Shown in pieces: positions 18,268 through 28,118 of a stretch of 50,963 bases of DNA. The stretch comes from a bacterium. Lineage in GTDB: Bacteria > Muiribacteriota > UBA9980. Made by a program: the position numbers and the translations under genes. The notes beneath the pieces are model-generated. The model was given only the letters and a program-made list of their open reading frames with translations. It was not told where the DNA came from and ran no database searches. The stretch's first letter is position 1. Each line of letters opens with the position of its first letter. The stretch lies in assembly GCA_029571125.1 (NCBI GenBank), contig JAKPTH010000283.1:1-50963 (forward strand), written 5' to 3'.

Positions 18268-19629
18268 TCACTTTCTCGGCCCGTTTTTAACAAGTCGCGC
18301 TATAAAGAATCCGTCCATGCCGCACGTGTACGGGAAAAATGTCTGGTAGCCGCTTTCGATCGTTTCCGTATCGACCCCGGCCTTTTTGAACCATTCAACG
18401 ACGTGCGCCGGGAAGGGCGAAAGCTCGAATTCCGAATTGTTTTTAATGAATTTCTTTACCAGGTTTATCGTTTCGTTCGGCTCGAACGTGCATACCGAAT
18501 AAACTACCACGCCGCCCGGGACCACGTGCGAAGCGGCAACTTCGAGAAGCTGGTATTGTATCTTAGCGAGAGAATCGATATTCTTTTCCTCGAGCCTCCA
18601 TTTCAGCTCAGGATGACGCCTGATTATGCCCATGCACGAGCACGGCGCGTCGATAAGCACCCTGTGGGCCATTCTGCTCTCGTTCATCTTCAAGACGTCC
18701 TGTAATTTGGGCGTAATGCATGTAATGCCGAGGCGCTTCGCGTTATCTTTAATCTTTTGTATCTTGTGCGAGAACCTGTCGTATGCCAGTATCAGCGACT
18801 GGTTGTTGGACAGCTGGGCGAGGTGCGTGCTTTTTCCGCCGGGGCTGGCGCAGAAATCGAAAACCACTTCCATGGGCTGGGGATCGACGACGTGCGCCAC
18901 GAGCATCGAGGCTTCGTCCTGTATGTAAAAATATCCTTCTTTAAAATAATTGGTCGACGTGAGTTCCGAAAAATTCTTCAATATTATGCCGTCGGGCACC
19001 AGCGCCGAAGGCTCCGGCTGGAAAGCCGAAAGCGCCGTCATCATGGCGTCCGTGGTTGTTTTTAAAGTGTTCACGCGGATAGAGATTCTCGGGGCGTTGT
19101 TGTTCGCCTCGCATATTTTAATGGCGTTGAGTTTGCCGAATTGCGCTATCAGGCGTTCTATGAGCCATACGGGATGGGAAAGGTGAAGCGCGAGCTTGAC
19201 GTTTTCGGCTTCGTTTTCGAATTTTATAAGCCTTTCCGAATGTTCGCAGACGTTTCTGAGCACCGCGTTCACGAAGCTCGACGAGCCAACCGGGCCGTAA
19301 GATTTGGCGAGCTTTACCGACTCGTCCACGGCGCTGTAATTAGGCACCTTATCGAGATAAATTATCTGATATACGCCCAGGCGAAGCGCGAGCAAAAGCC
19401 ACTTATTGAGGCGCGCGAATTTTTCCTTATGCTCTATGAACTGTAGTATGATATAGTCGAGGGTGTTCTGGTGGCGGATAACTCCATACACCAATTGAAT
19501 GGCGAAGTTTTTGTCGAGCGTATTGAATACGTTCTTCTGGATTATGTCGTCGATCACTATATTGGAGTATGCGAGCTGGGTTTCGACCTGATACAATATG
19601 CGTATTGCGCACTCTCGGGCATTAATCAT
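18268..19629 (-). CDS. rsmB: 16S rRNA (C967) m5C methyltransferase with N-terminal NusB-like domain
   Basis: AVDESVKLAK, FVNAVLR, IQDEAS, DFCASPGGKS, DAPCS, YSVCT, DGFFIA. Confidence 0.96.
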   Translation of the reverse strand: MINARECAIRILYQVETQLAYSNIVIDDIIQKNVFNTLDKNFAIQLVYGVIRHQNTLDYIILQFIEHKEKFARLNKWLLLALRLGVYQIIYLDKVPNYSAVDESVKLAKSYGPVGSSSFVNAVLRNVCEHSERLIKFENEAENVKLALHLSHPVWLIERLIAQFGKLNAIKICEANNNAPRISIRVNTLKTTTDAMMTALSAFQPEPSALVPDGIILKNFSELTSTNYFKEGYFYIQDEASMLVAHVVDPQPMEVVFDFCASPGGKSTHLAQLSNNQSLILAYDRFSHKIQKIKDNAKRLGITCITPKLQDVLKMNESRMAHRVLIDAPCSCMGIIRRHPELKWRLEEKNIDSLAKIQYQLLEVAASHVVPGGVVVYSVCTFEPNETINLVKKFIKNNSEFELSPFPAHVVEWFKKAGVDTETIESGYQTFFPYTCGMDGFFIARLVKNGPRK

Positions 19630-19779
19630 AAATTAATCAACCTCATTATAAAACGTTCACTATATGAGAGCCCCGTTCTATCCGTGCTTCGTGCGATTCG
19701 CGGCGAAAGCGGCGCGCCTTTTCGAGCGGGCGCGGATAAAACTAAAACAACTCAAGTTTTATATCGGCTGATATTTTAA

Positions 19780-20724
19780 TTAGTTTAATATTATCCCTGC
19801 GTTAATTTTATTTCCTCTTAAAAAAGAGTCGAAACTCTGGATATTGCGCGAAGCGAGCTGAAGGGTCTTTACGCTGAGGGCGCCTTTTTCTCCGCAGGCT
19901 ATTATAAATCCTTTTTTTTCATCGGCCGTAATGACCGTGCCGGGCGCCAAATCGTGGCCGGAAAATCCGGATACGGGTTCCGCCTCGTGGATTTTAATCA
20001 TTTCGGAATTGAAAAAAGCGTAGGCGGACGGCCAGCTGTAAAGGCCGCGGACGAGATCGGCAATCGCTTTCGGTGACCGGCTCCAGTCGATCTTTCCCAT
20101 AGCTTTGTCGATTTTCTTAAAATAAGTGGCGGCGTTATCGTCCTGCGGGGTTCTTCGAACCGTTCCGCAGTCTATCATTCCCGCGGCGCGGCATAAAAGG
20201 TCCGCGCCCATAAAGGATAATTTGTCATGGAGGGTTTTGGCGTTATCGGAAGGCAGTATATCGCATTTTTCCTGTAATATGATATCGCCCGCGTCGAGTT
20301 TTTTGACCAGATATATTATGCTGACGCCGGTAACGGTTTCGCCGTTTAAGAGGGCCCACTGGTAAGGGGCCACGCCTCTATATGCCGGAAGCAGTGAAGG
20401 GTGGACGTTAACGATGCGGTCTTTAAATTCCGCAAGTATTTTATCGCCGATTATCTTGCCGTAAGCTACGACCGCGAGCAGGTCGGCGCCTGAAGATTTT
20501 AGTATTTCTAAAGTTTCTTCGGAGTTGAATTTTTCGGGCTGATAAACAGGCAAACCGAGTTCCAGCGCGGCCGATTTGACGGGAGACGGCTTAAGCTTAA
20601 GCTGGCGCCCGGAAGGCTGGTCGGGGTTCGTTATTACCGCGCACACCTTATGCTCCGGCGAGGCCGCGAGCGCTTTGAGCGACGGCACGGCGAATTCGGG
20701 CGTTCCAAGGAAAAATATCTTCAT
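19780..20724 (-). CDS. fmt: Methionyl-tRNA formyltransferase
   Basis: FLGTPEFAVPSL, VVAYGKI, NVHPSLLPAYRG, LDAGDI. Confidence 0.98.
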   Translation of the reverse strand: MKIFFLGTPEFAVPSLKALAASPEHKVCAVITNPDQPSGRQLKLKPSPVKSAALELGLPVYQPEKFNSEETLEILKSSGADLLAVVAYGKIIGDKILAEFKDRIVNVHPSLLPAYRGVAPYQWALLNGETVTGVSIIYLVKKLDAGDIILQEKCDILPSDNAKTLHDKLSFMGADLLCRAAGMIDCGTVRRTPQDDNAATYFKKIDKAMGKIDWSRSPKAIADLVRGLYSWPSAYAFFNSEMIKIHEAEPVSGFSGHDLAPGTVITADEKKGFIIACGEKGALSVKTLQLASRNIQSFDSFLRGNKINAGIILN

Positions 20725-21233
20725 CTGGCCTTCTGCACCGCTACTTTCATTCCGGCTTTTTTAAGGAGCTTTTCGACGGCCGGTTTGTCTTTGGGCTGGA
20801 GCCTGTCTATGAACAGAACGCCCGAAAGATGGTCGAGCTCGTGCTGAACCACGCGGGCTTCCATGCCGGTGACTTCTTTTTCGTACTTATAGCCGTCGAG
20901 ATCGAAAGCTTTAAACTTTACCGAGGCGGGTCTTATAATTTCAGCAGTTATGTCGGGGACGGAAAGGCATCCTTCTTCGTAAGCGGACATCTGCTCCGAA
21001 CATGATAATATTTCCGGATTTATGAGAACAACCGGGCCGTTTCCCGCGTCGTAAACGACGAGCTTCAATGATACGCCTATCTGCGGAGCGGCCAGACCCA
21101 CGCCGGGAGCTTTATACATCGTCTGGATCATATTTTCGGCCAGCGCCTTATACTGCGAATAAGGCTTAGCGCAGTCGGCCGCTTTCTGCCGGAGCACTTT
21201 GTCGGTGCATACGTATATCGGTAATATGGTCAT
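20721..21233 (-). CDS. def: Peptide deformylase
   Basis: GVGLAAPQIG, EGCLSVP, QHELDHL. Confidence 0.98.
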   Translation of the reverse strand: MTILPIYVCTDKVLRQKAADCAKPYSQYKALAENMIQTMYKAPGVGLAAPQIGVSLKLVVYDAGNGPVVLINPEILSCSEQMSAYEEGCLSVPDITAEIIRPASVKFKAFDLDGYKYEKEVTGMEARVVQHELDHLSGVLFIDRLQPKDKPAVEKLLKKAGMKVAVQKAR

Positions 21234-21288
21234 TAATAATCTCCTCTTTGAACGGATAATTTATAATTTCAACCAGATTAATCAGCTT

Positions 21289-23556
21289 TCAAAAAGTGTT
21301 ATTCGGCGAAACGTCAACCGATATTTTAACACATTGTTTTTTATTTGTAAAACTATATTTTTTGAGAATATCCAGCAGGCTGTCCCTTATTATTTCTTCG
21401 GAACCGGCGTATATGAAGATATTATACCTGTAAATATTTTGGATTTTAGCCACCAGAGAAGGCGCCGGACCTGTAAGCCTTATCCCGCCCTCGCCCGCCG
21501 ATTTTATTCTCTCGTTTATTTCTCCGGCGAGCGCGGCGGCCGTCTCCAGTATGAGCGTTTCCTCAGGATGGGCGAAGCTTATTTTTATCATTTTGCTGAA
21601 CGGCGGATAAAAAAGCCCTTTCCTTACGGCCGCTTCGTTCTGGTAAAAAGAGGTAAAATCGCTCGCGGCGGCGCATGTTATGGCGTAATTATCGGGGTTA
21701 TAGGTCTGTATAACGCATTCGCCTTCGGTTTCGCCGCGGCCCGTCCGGCCGATTACCTGGCATAGTATCTGGAACGTGCGTTCGGAGGCGAACATGTCGG
21801 GCATGTTCAGCATCGTGTCGGCAGATATTACGCCTACCAGGGTGATGTTATGGAAATCGAATCCCTTGGCTATCATTTGCGTGCCGATAAGAACGTCGAT
21901 TTTTTTCTTGGCGAAGTCGTCGAGTATTTTAGAGCTTATCTTCTTGCTGGTCAGTATATCCGAATCAAGGCGCGCCACGCGCGCGTCCGGAAATTTTATC
22001 CTGAATTCCTCTTCCACTTTTTCGGTTCCGGCCCCGAAAAACCTTATATACTGGCTGTCGCATTGCGGGCATCTGGACGGGGCCTTTTTCACCGCCGAGC
22101 AGTAATGGCATAAAAGCGTCTGCTGCTGCATGTGAAAGGTCATGGACACCGAGCAGTCGTCGCATTTTACGACATATCCGCAGGCCCGGCATAAAACGAA
22201 AGTGCTGTGGCCGCGCCTGTTTAAAAACAGGAGGCTCTGCTGGCGCTTCTGAAGCCTGTCGTTAATTTTTTCGCTCAATAGAGCCGAAAACATCGATTTG
22301 TTTTTATTGTCTATAAATTCCCGGCCCATATCCACGATATGGCATTCGGGCATCGGACGGTTCTCGACGCGTTTTTCGAGTTTAATTAAAGACGGAAATT
22401 CCCCGCAACGGCCGTTCTGGACGGCATCGTGATAGCTGTCTATCGAAGGCGTAGCCGTTCCAGAAACCAGGACGCCGTTACTTATTTTAAGGCGCATCTT
22501 AGCCACTTCGCGGGCGTCGTATTTTATCGCCGAATCCTGCTTATACGACGAATCGTGCTCTTCGTCGATTATAACGCAGCCGAGCTGATCGAAAGGCGCG
22601 AAAACGGCCGAGCGCGCCCCCAGAAGTATCTTGATCTTCCCGTCGGCGATCTGAGAATATATGGCGTCTTTCTGCGCCTTCGTGACGAGCGAATGCCATA
22701 TGGCGAGCCTGTCGTCGAAGGCCTTCTGGTAGCGGTGCTTCAAATGCTCGGTAAGAGCTATTTCCGGCACCAGCACTATCGCCGTTTTTCCGGCGTTTAA
22801 AATTTCCTTAATGATTTCGATATATACTTCTGTTTTTCCCGAGCCCGTGACGCCGAATATCAGGCTTTCGTGATATTCGCCTTTATTTATATAATGCGTC
22901 ACGTTAGCTATGGCCGCCTTCTGTTCGGGCGTAAACTCTATTCCCCTGTCGTCGCCGAGCTTATAAACCAGAGGGCCGGCCGCCCCGTAGTCGAACTTGC
23001 GCGGATCTAAAGATTTTGCGGCGTATTTAAGGCCTATCAGCTTGGAAAGCGAGTTCTTAACGGTAACTCGGGTTGAAAGCAGGCTTTTTTCGATATTTTT
23101 AATATCCGAAGCGCCGTGGTTATATAAAAATTGTATTACGAGCCTGTCGGTTTTATTCAGCGAGCGGTCTTTTATAGCCTCGAAAACGTCGGCTTTTCGG
23201 TTAAAATCGTAAAAAGGCTCGATCTTTTCATTCTGGTACGAAAGCGAGGGCGGGAATATCATTTCAAGCGCCATTCCCTGGGCGCAAAGATATTTTTCGG
23301 AAATCATTTCGGAAAGGCGCATCAGGTCTTCGGGCAGCGGAGCGCCTTCGACTATATCGTAAACGGGCTTCACCAGGGAAGGATCGTAATCGCATGTTTC
23401 GCAGCACGAAATCACGTAGGCCGCGACGGGGTCGGCCTGGTTTTTTATATTAACTAAAACCCTGCTGCCGCGGGTTACGAGCCCTGAGTATTTGTCGGGA
23501 ATTTTATAGGTATAAAGCTGGTCTACCGGAATGGAAACTGCTACTTTACAATACAT
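21289..23556 (-). CDS. priA: Primosomal protein N' (replication restart helicase)
   Basis: GVTGSGKTEVY, LVPEIAL, DEEHDSSYKQ, four CxxC pairs, GTQMIAKG, QVIGRTGR. Confidence 0.97.
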   Translation of the reverse strand: MYCKVAVSIPVDQLYTYKIPDKYSGLVTRGSRVLVNIKNQADPVAAYVISCCETCDYDPSLVKPVYDIVEGAPLPEDLMRLSEMISEKYLCAQGMALEMIFPPSLSYQNEKIEPFYDFNRKADVFEAIKDRSLNKTDRLVIQFLYNHGASDIKNIEKSLLSTRVTVKNSLSKLIGLKYAAKSLDPRKFDYGAAGPLVYKLGDDRGIEFTPEQKAAIANVTHYINKGEYHESLIFGVTGSGKTEVYIEIIKEILNAGKTAIVLVPEIALTEHLKHRYQKAFDDRLAIWHSLVTKAQKDAIYSQIADGKIKILLGARSAVFAPFDQLGCVIIDEEHDSSYKQDSAIKYDAREVAKMRLKISNGVLVSGTATPSIDSYHDAVQNGRCGEFPSLIKLEKRVENRPMPECHIVDMGREFIDNKNKSMFSALLSEKINDRLQKRQQSLLFLNRRGHSTFVLCRACGYVVKCDDCSVSMTFHMQQQTLLCHYCSAVKKAPSRCPQCDSQYIRFFGAGTEKVEEEFRIKFPDARVARLDSDILTSKKISSKILDDFAKKKIDVLIGTQMIAKGFDFHNITLVGVISADTMLNMPDMFASERTFQILCQVIGRTGRGETEGECVIQTYNPDNYAITCAAASDFTSFYQNEAAVRKGLFYPPFSKMIKISFAHPEETLILETAAALAGEINERIKSAGEGGIRLTGPAPSLVAKIQNIYRYNIFIYAGSEEIIRDSLLDILKKYSFTNKKQCVKISVDVSPNNTF

Positions 23557-24775
23557 CTGGCTTTTTTCTTTTCTCTTTTTTCATGAGCGCCTCTATATTT
23601 TCTAAAATTATTTCGGCGCACTCGAGCTTGGTGGCTTTTTCGAAATCGGCCGGAGAATTTTCCAGGCCTTTTTTTATTATGGTTATCTTATTGAAATCAG
23701 ATGCGAAGCCCGTTTCCTTTGTTGACACGTCGTTTAGAACTATCATGTCCATGGATTTAGCCTTCATCTTCCGAACTGCGTTTTCGAGATGGTTGTTATC
23801 TTCGGCTGCGAAGCCCACGACGATCTGCTTTTTCTTCTTTTTTGCCGCCGCTTTTAAAATATCTTCGGTCGCGGCTAATTTTAAACCGCCGTTATTTATT
23901 ATATCGATCTTGGCCGCTTTTTTAGAAAGTTTCCCGCTGAACGTAAAATCGCAGGGCGCGGCGGCGGAAATCAGAACGTGCGCGCCGTCGAAGTTGCCGA
24001 TGACCGCGTCGAGCATTTCTTTTGTAGTTACCACGTTTATTATTTCGCCGATTCCGGCTGGGGGCTTTATGCTTACCGGGCCGCTTATCAGGGTTACCCG
24101 CGCGCCGGCTTTTACCGAAGCTTCCGCGAGGGCGTATCCCATGCGGCCCGTGGAAGGATTGCTCAAAAATCTTACGGTGTCTATGTATTCACGGGTAGGC
24201 CCTGCCGTGATGATTATATTTTTACCGGCGAGCGGCGATTTTTTAACGGGCGCCGCCAGCGCTTCTATGCGCCCTATAATTTCTTCTACCGGCGCCATGC
24301 GGCCGCGGCCGCTCACGCCGCACGCGAGATATCCTTCGGCCGGCTCTATTATATCGTAATTTTTTAATTTTCTGAGCTTATCCAGGTTTTCTATTAAAAC
24401 GGGGTTTTCATACATCCTGGTATTCATAGCCGGAGCTATCAGAACTGGTTTTCTGCACGCGGCCGCGAGGGTGGTCACGGCGTCGTCGGCGATGCCGCAG
24501 GCTATTTTAGATATGAGGTTATAGCTCGCCGGGGCCGCCACCAGAACGTCGCACCACTCCGTAAGAGCGATATGGGCGATAACGGCGTCATCCGCAAATA
24601 AATCGGTAACCACTTCGTTTCGCGACAGCGACTTGAACGGCACCCTGGTGACTATTTTCTGAGCGTTACCGGTCATGGCGACCACTATCTCGTGGCCGGC
24701 CTGCTTGAGTTTCGAAACCAGGTCGAGTGATTTATAAGCCGCTATTGAAGAAGAAACGCAAAGCAGTACGTTCAA
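23546..24775 (-). CDS. coaBC: Bifunctional phosphopantothenoylcysteine decarboxylase/synthetase
   Basis: SIAAYK, APAMNTRM, GYLACG..GRGRM, TAGPTREYIDTVRFLSNPSTGRMG, VGFAAE; TTG start. Confidence 0.97.
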   Translation of the reverse strand: MNVLLCVSSSIAAYKSLDLVSKLKQAGHEIVVAMTGNAQKIVTRVPFKSLSRNEVVTDLFADDAVIAHIALTEWCDVLVAAPASYNLISKIACGIADDAVTTLAAACRKPVLIAPAMNTRMYENPVLIENLDKLRKLKNYDIIEPAEGYLACGVSGRGRMAPVEEIIGRIEALAAPVKKSPLAGKNIIITAGPTREYIDTVRFLSNPSTGRMGYALAEASVKAGARVTLISGPVSIKPPAGIGEIINVVTTKEMLDAVIGNFDGAHVLISAAAPCDFTFSGKLSKKAAKIDIINNGGLKLAATEDILKAAAKKKKKQIVVGFAAEDNNHLENAVRKMKAKSMDMIVLNDVSTKETGFASDFNKITIIKKGLENSPADFEKATKLECAEIILENIEALMKKEKRKKPDVL

Positions 24776-24782
24776 AACTATA

Positions 24783-25349
24783 TCATCCTTTTTTCATATT
24801 CTCTTCGATGATGCTTTCGCATTCGTCGACCGCCTGCGCGAGGTCGGTATTTTTAACGATATAATCGTATTTCGAGGACATTTCGATTTCCTGTATGGCG
24901 TTATGTATGCGCCTTTCGATTACGTCCTCGGAATCGGTATGACGTTTAAAGAGCCTCTGCCTGAGTTCTTCTATGGAAGGAGGGGCTATGAAAATCAAAA
25001 CTGCGTCCGGATAATTTTTTTTGATATTCTGAGCGCCGCGCGTGTCTATATCCAGCAGCACGTTTATTCCTCTGGCAACGGCGTTTTCTATCTGCTCCCT
25101 GGGAGTGCCGTAATAATTGTCATGCACTTTCGCATGTTCTACGAAAGCGTTTTGCCCTATAAGTTTTTCGAACTCCTCGACCGTCGTGAATTTATATTCG
25201 CGCCCGTCAAGCTCGCCGCAGCGGATGGGCCTGGTGGTCATGGATATTGAATATACGATGCTGTCCTTGAATTTGTCGAGTATCGCATGCGCTATGGTGC
25301 TTTTGCCGACGCCTGAAGGCCCCGATATAACGTAAAGTCTCGCGCCCAT
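24783..25349 (-). CDS. gmk: Guanylate kinase
   Basis: SGPSGVGKST, SMTTRP, NYYGTP, FIAPPS. Confidence 0.98.
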   Translation of the reverse strand: MGARLYVISGPSGVGKSTIAHAILDKFKDSIVYSISMTTRPIRCGELDGREYKFTTVEEFEKLIGQNAFVEHAKVHDNYYGTPREQIENAVARGINVLLDIDTRGAQNIKKNYPDAVLIFIAPPSIEELRQRLFKRHTDSEDVIERRIHNAIQEIEMSSKYDYIVKNTDLAQAVDECESIIEENMKKG

Positions 25350-25675
25350 TACTCATCGTCCTCTTCTTGAGCCGCGCCGTCGGAATCGTCTTCGGCGGCT
25401 TCTTCGAAAGCTTCTTCTTTTTCGAATTTAACTTCCTTATCCAGCAGCCTGCCCGCTGAAGTTTCAGGCTGAACGGCGGAAAGCACCACATGATTCGAGT
25501 CGGTAATTATTATAGCGCGAGTGCGCCTGCCGTGAGTGGCGTCGATAAGCATTCCGCGTTCGCGGGCGTCTTCTTTGAGTCTTTTCATCGGAGCGGAATC
25601 GGGGCTGACTATCGCTATAATTCTGTTCGCCAGCACTACGTTTCCGAAACCTACATTGAGCAACTTGATATTCAA
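25349..25675 (-). CDS. remA: RemA/DUF370 family regulator with acidic C-terminal tail
   Basis: [55 protein letters not shown]; conserved position upstream of gmk; TTG start after AGGAG. Confidence 0.93.
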   Translation of the reverse strand: MNIKLLNVGFGNVVLANRIIAIVSPDSAPMKRLKEDARERGMLIDATHGRRTRAIIITDSNHVVLSAVQPETSAGRLLDKEVKFEKEEAFEEAAEDDSDGAAQEEDDE

Positions 25676-25828
25676 ATTAATTCTCCTTAAACCGAATACA
25701 CTGACTATCCTATATCCGAAAATCCCGGAATACCGGAAAACATCATATATTCATAATATTTGTTATTTTTTCGTTCTTCAATACTTTAAAAAGATTCTGC
25801 GGCTGTTATGCTAAATATTGCGCTTGCT

Positions 25829-27181
25829 TTATTTTTTCGTTTCAGCGCCTGCCGATAGAATATTGACGAGCCCCTGGGCGACCACCCTTACGAATTCATG
25901 GAGCATTTCGGGGTTCAGGTTTTCGAGATGGTCGGTCGTTTTGTGATAATGAGGGTTCGCGCCGTATTCGTCTTCTATGAAAAGAAAAGCCGGAACGCCC
26001 GCGTTTATAAACGAAACGTGATCGCTGCCCCATACGTTGTACGACATGGTTATCTTAAGTTTTCCGCTCGCCTTCGCGACCGCCAGAAAATTTGATACGA
26101 AAGGATCGTAAGTCTGCCTGGTCTGCCACAGCGAAGATATGGGGGCGGTTTTATCGAAGCCTATCATATCGAGATTGACCATGCCGAGGACTTTAGTAAT
26201 TTCGCCGCCGGCTTTAAGCTGGCTCACATAAGCCTTGCTGCCGCGGAGGCCGAGCTCTTCTCCAGCGAAAAGGACGAATCTGACTTTATGCGCGAAAGGA
26301 TATTTAGATATTATATTGGCCACTTCCATAGCGCCCGCGGAACCGCTGGCGTTGTCGTCGGCGCCGGGAGCTTCGACCGACGGGTTCGGCGCCATGGCGT
26401 CGAGATGGCCGCCTACGACATAGAACCCTTCATTTTTTTGCGGAGCGGGAGATTTTTTCTGCGCGACAACGTTGTACTGTTTTTTTCCGCCGTCGAGGTA
26501 TTCTACGAGCCGGGCTTCGAATCCGAGTTTTTTAAATTCTTCGACCGCGAAGTTGGCGGCGTCGAGGTAGCCCTGCGAATAAGAATATCTGGTTTTATAA
26601 TTTTCGAAAGTTTTGATATAGTTTTTTATCCTGTTAAGATCGACGCTTACCGTTTCGGCGTCTTTGATTTCGGGGATATCGATATATCTTTCGTTAACGG
26701 CAGCGCGTATATTCTGCCTGAGCGATTCGAGCTTGAAGTGGTTGCTTTCTTTTTTCGCGATCTGATTTAAAACGCTGGGCGGCGCCTGGAATATAATATG
26801 GGCGCCCGACTCGTAAATCACTTTTACGTCTTCGGCGAATTCGTCAAGCGGCGAATCCATTCCGCGTTTGATGGCGAGCATGGGTTCGCTTAACTTATTA
26901 TCTGTAAGAGCGGATTTTTTTACGACGGCCTGAGCCGGAATGCGGGGCATTTTGCCGCTTTCGTACGATATGAAAAAGTCGTTATCCAGTTCGCACCAGT
27001 AGCTCATGTTTTTATCGTCTTTAAATCTTGAAAGATCTGCCGTTTCGACCTGGCTGATATCGAGCACCATATGCCTCAAAGCGGTTTTAACGCCTAAATT
27101 ACCGATTTCATCGGCCGCGAAAGCCGGCGCTAAATTTAAAATAATGGCAACCAGAGCTAATAACAAAGATAAACGACGCAT
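25829..27181 (-). CDS. Secreted M28 family metallo-aminopeptidase with N-terminal extension
   Basis: Signal peptide; GGHLD, PGADDNASG, FAGEELGLRGS, NLDMIG, SDH, YH. Confidence 0.93.
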   Translation of the reverse strand: MRRLSLLLALVAIILNLAPAFAADEIGNLGVKTALRHMVLDISQVETADLSRFKDDKNMSYWCELDNDFFISYESGKMPRIPAQAVVKKSALTDNKLSEPMLAIKRGMDSPLDEFAEDVKVIYESGAHIIFQAPPSVLNQIAKKESNHFKLESLRQNIRAAVNERYIDIPEIKDAETVSVDLNRIKNYIKTFENYKTRYSYSQGYLDAANFAVEEFKKLGFEARLVEYLDGGKKQYNVVAQKKSPAPQKNEGFYVVGGHLDAMAPNPSVEAPGADDNASGSAGAMEVANIISKYPFAHKVRFVLFAGEELGLRGSKAYVSQLKAGGEITKVLGMVNLDMIGFDKTAPISSLWQTRQTYDPFVSNFLAVAKASGKLKITMSYNVWGSDHVSFINAGVPAFLFIEDEYGANPHYHKTTDHLENLNPEMLHEFVRVVAQGLVNILSAGAETKK

Positions 27182-27274
27182 ATTCCGCTCCTTTAATATT
27201 TGATTATTTAATAAATCGATTCCGACGCCGGTGATGTATTTATGATCTATATATACTATACAACGGGCGAGTTA

Positions 27275-27303
27275 ATTATACATTAAAAAGGCGGACTTGT
27301 CAA
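27275..27303 (-). promoter_or_regulatory. Consensus sigma70 promoter for the M28 peptidase gene
   Basis: Minus-strand TTGACA (27303-27298), 17 bp, TATAAT (27280-27275). Confidence 0.75.
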
Positions 27304-27333
27304 TTTCAATTCGGCTTTTCGATGCGGCTTTTT

Positions 27334-28080
27334 TTAAAGCCGCCGGGCGGCCGCCAGGTCTTTAAAATCATTGATTTCTTTATAAAGCGAACCGCATTTT
27401 AGCTTCAAATTATCCTGATCGAACCGGCCGTCGTAAGTCAGGGACCCGTTTTCCATATAAATAAGCCTTTCGGAAACAGCCAGGGCGAAGTGGATATCCT
27501 GAGTCACTATTATTTTCGACTTCTTATAACCCGCAAGTGTTTCGATTAATTTGAGCTTGCTTACGTAATCGAGATTGGACGAAGGCTCGTCCAGCATTAA
27601 AACTTCGGGTTCTATAACCATCACAGAAGCAAGGGCCAGCCGTTTTTTCTGGCCGAAGCTCAGATGCTGCGGCTCTAATTTCATGAACTTTTCAAGGCCG
27701 AGCGAGACTGAATAAAAGTTTAATTTTTCCTCGGCCCCGGCGCGAGAGACGCCTAAATTTTTAAGGGCGAATAAAATTTCCTCTTCGACGGTATCGCAGA
27801 ACAGCTGATTTTCAGGGTTTTGAAAAACCAGATTTACCTTTTTATAAAGCGTACTATCGTCGAATTCTTTAAGAGGCAGGCCGGAAATTTTTATATCGCC
27901 GGAATAATTCTTTAAAACTCCTGCAATCGCAAGTAAAAGTGTGGACTTTCCCGCGCCGTTAGGCCCCATTATAGAAACGGTTTCGCCTTCGTTTATTTCA
28001 AAGGAAACGCCGTCGATTATAAGTGCGCCGCCTGCGTCATAAGACAATTTTAAATTTTCGATTTCGATTATCTTCTTCAT
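27334..28080 (-). CDS. nikO: ECF-type Ni/Co transporter ATPase (NikO/CbiO)
   Basis: GPNGAGKST, VFQNPENQLF, LSFGQKKR, LDEP; in an operon with M, N and Q subunits. Confidence 0.9.
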   Translation of the reverse strand: MKKIIEIENLKLSYDAGGALIIDGVSFEINEGETVSIMGPNGAGKSTLLLAIAGVLKNYSGDIKISGLPLKEFDDSTLYKKVNLVFQNPENQLFCDTVEEEILFALKNLGVSRAGAEEKLNFYSVSLGLEKFMKLEPQHLSFGQKKRLALASVMVIEPEVLMLDEPSSNLDYVSKLKLIETLAGYKKSKIIVTQDIHFALAVSERLIYMENGSLTYDGRFDQDNLKLKCGSLYKEINDFKDLAAARRL

Positions 28081-28118
28081 ATCTTTAAATCAATTCCATT
28101 TAGACGAACGGTTTCAAG

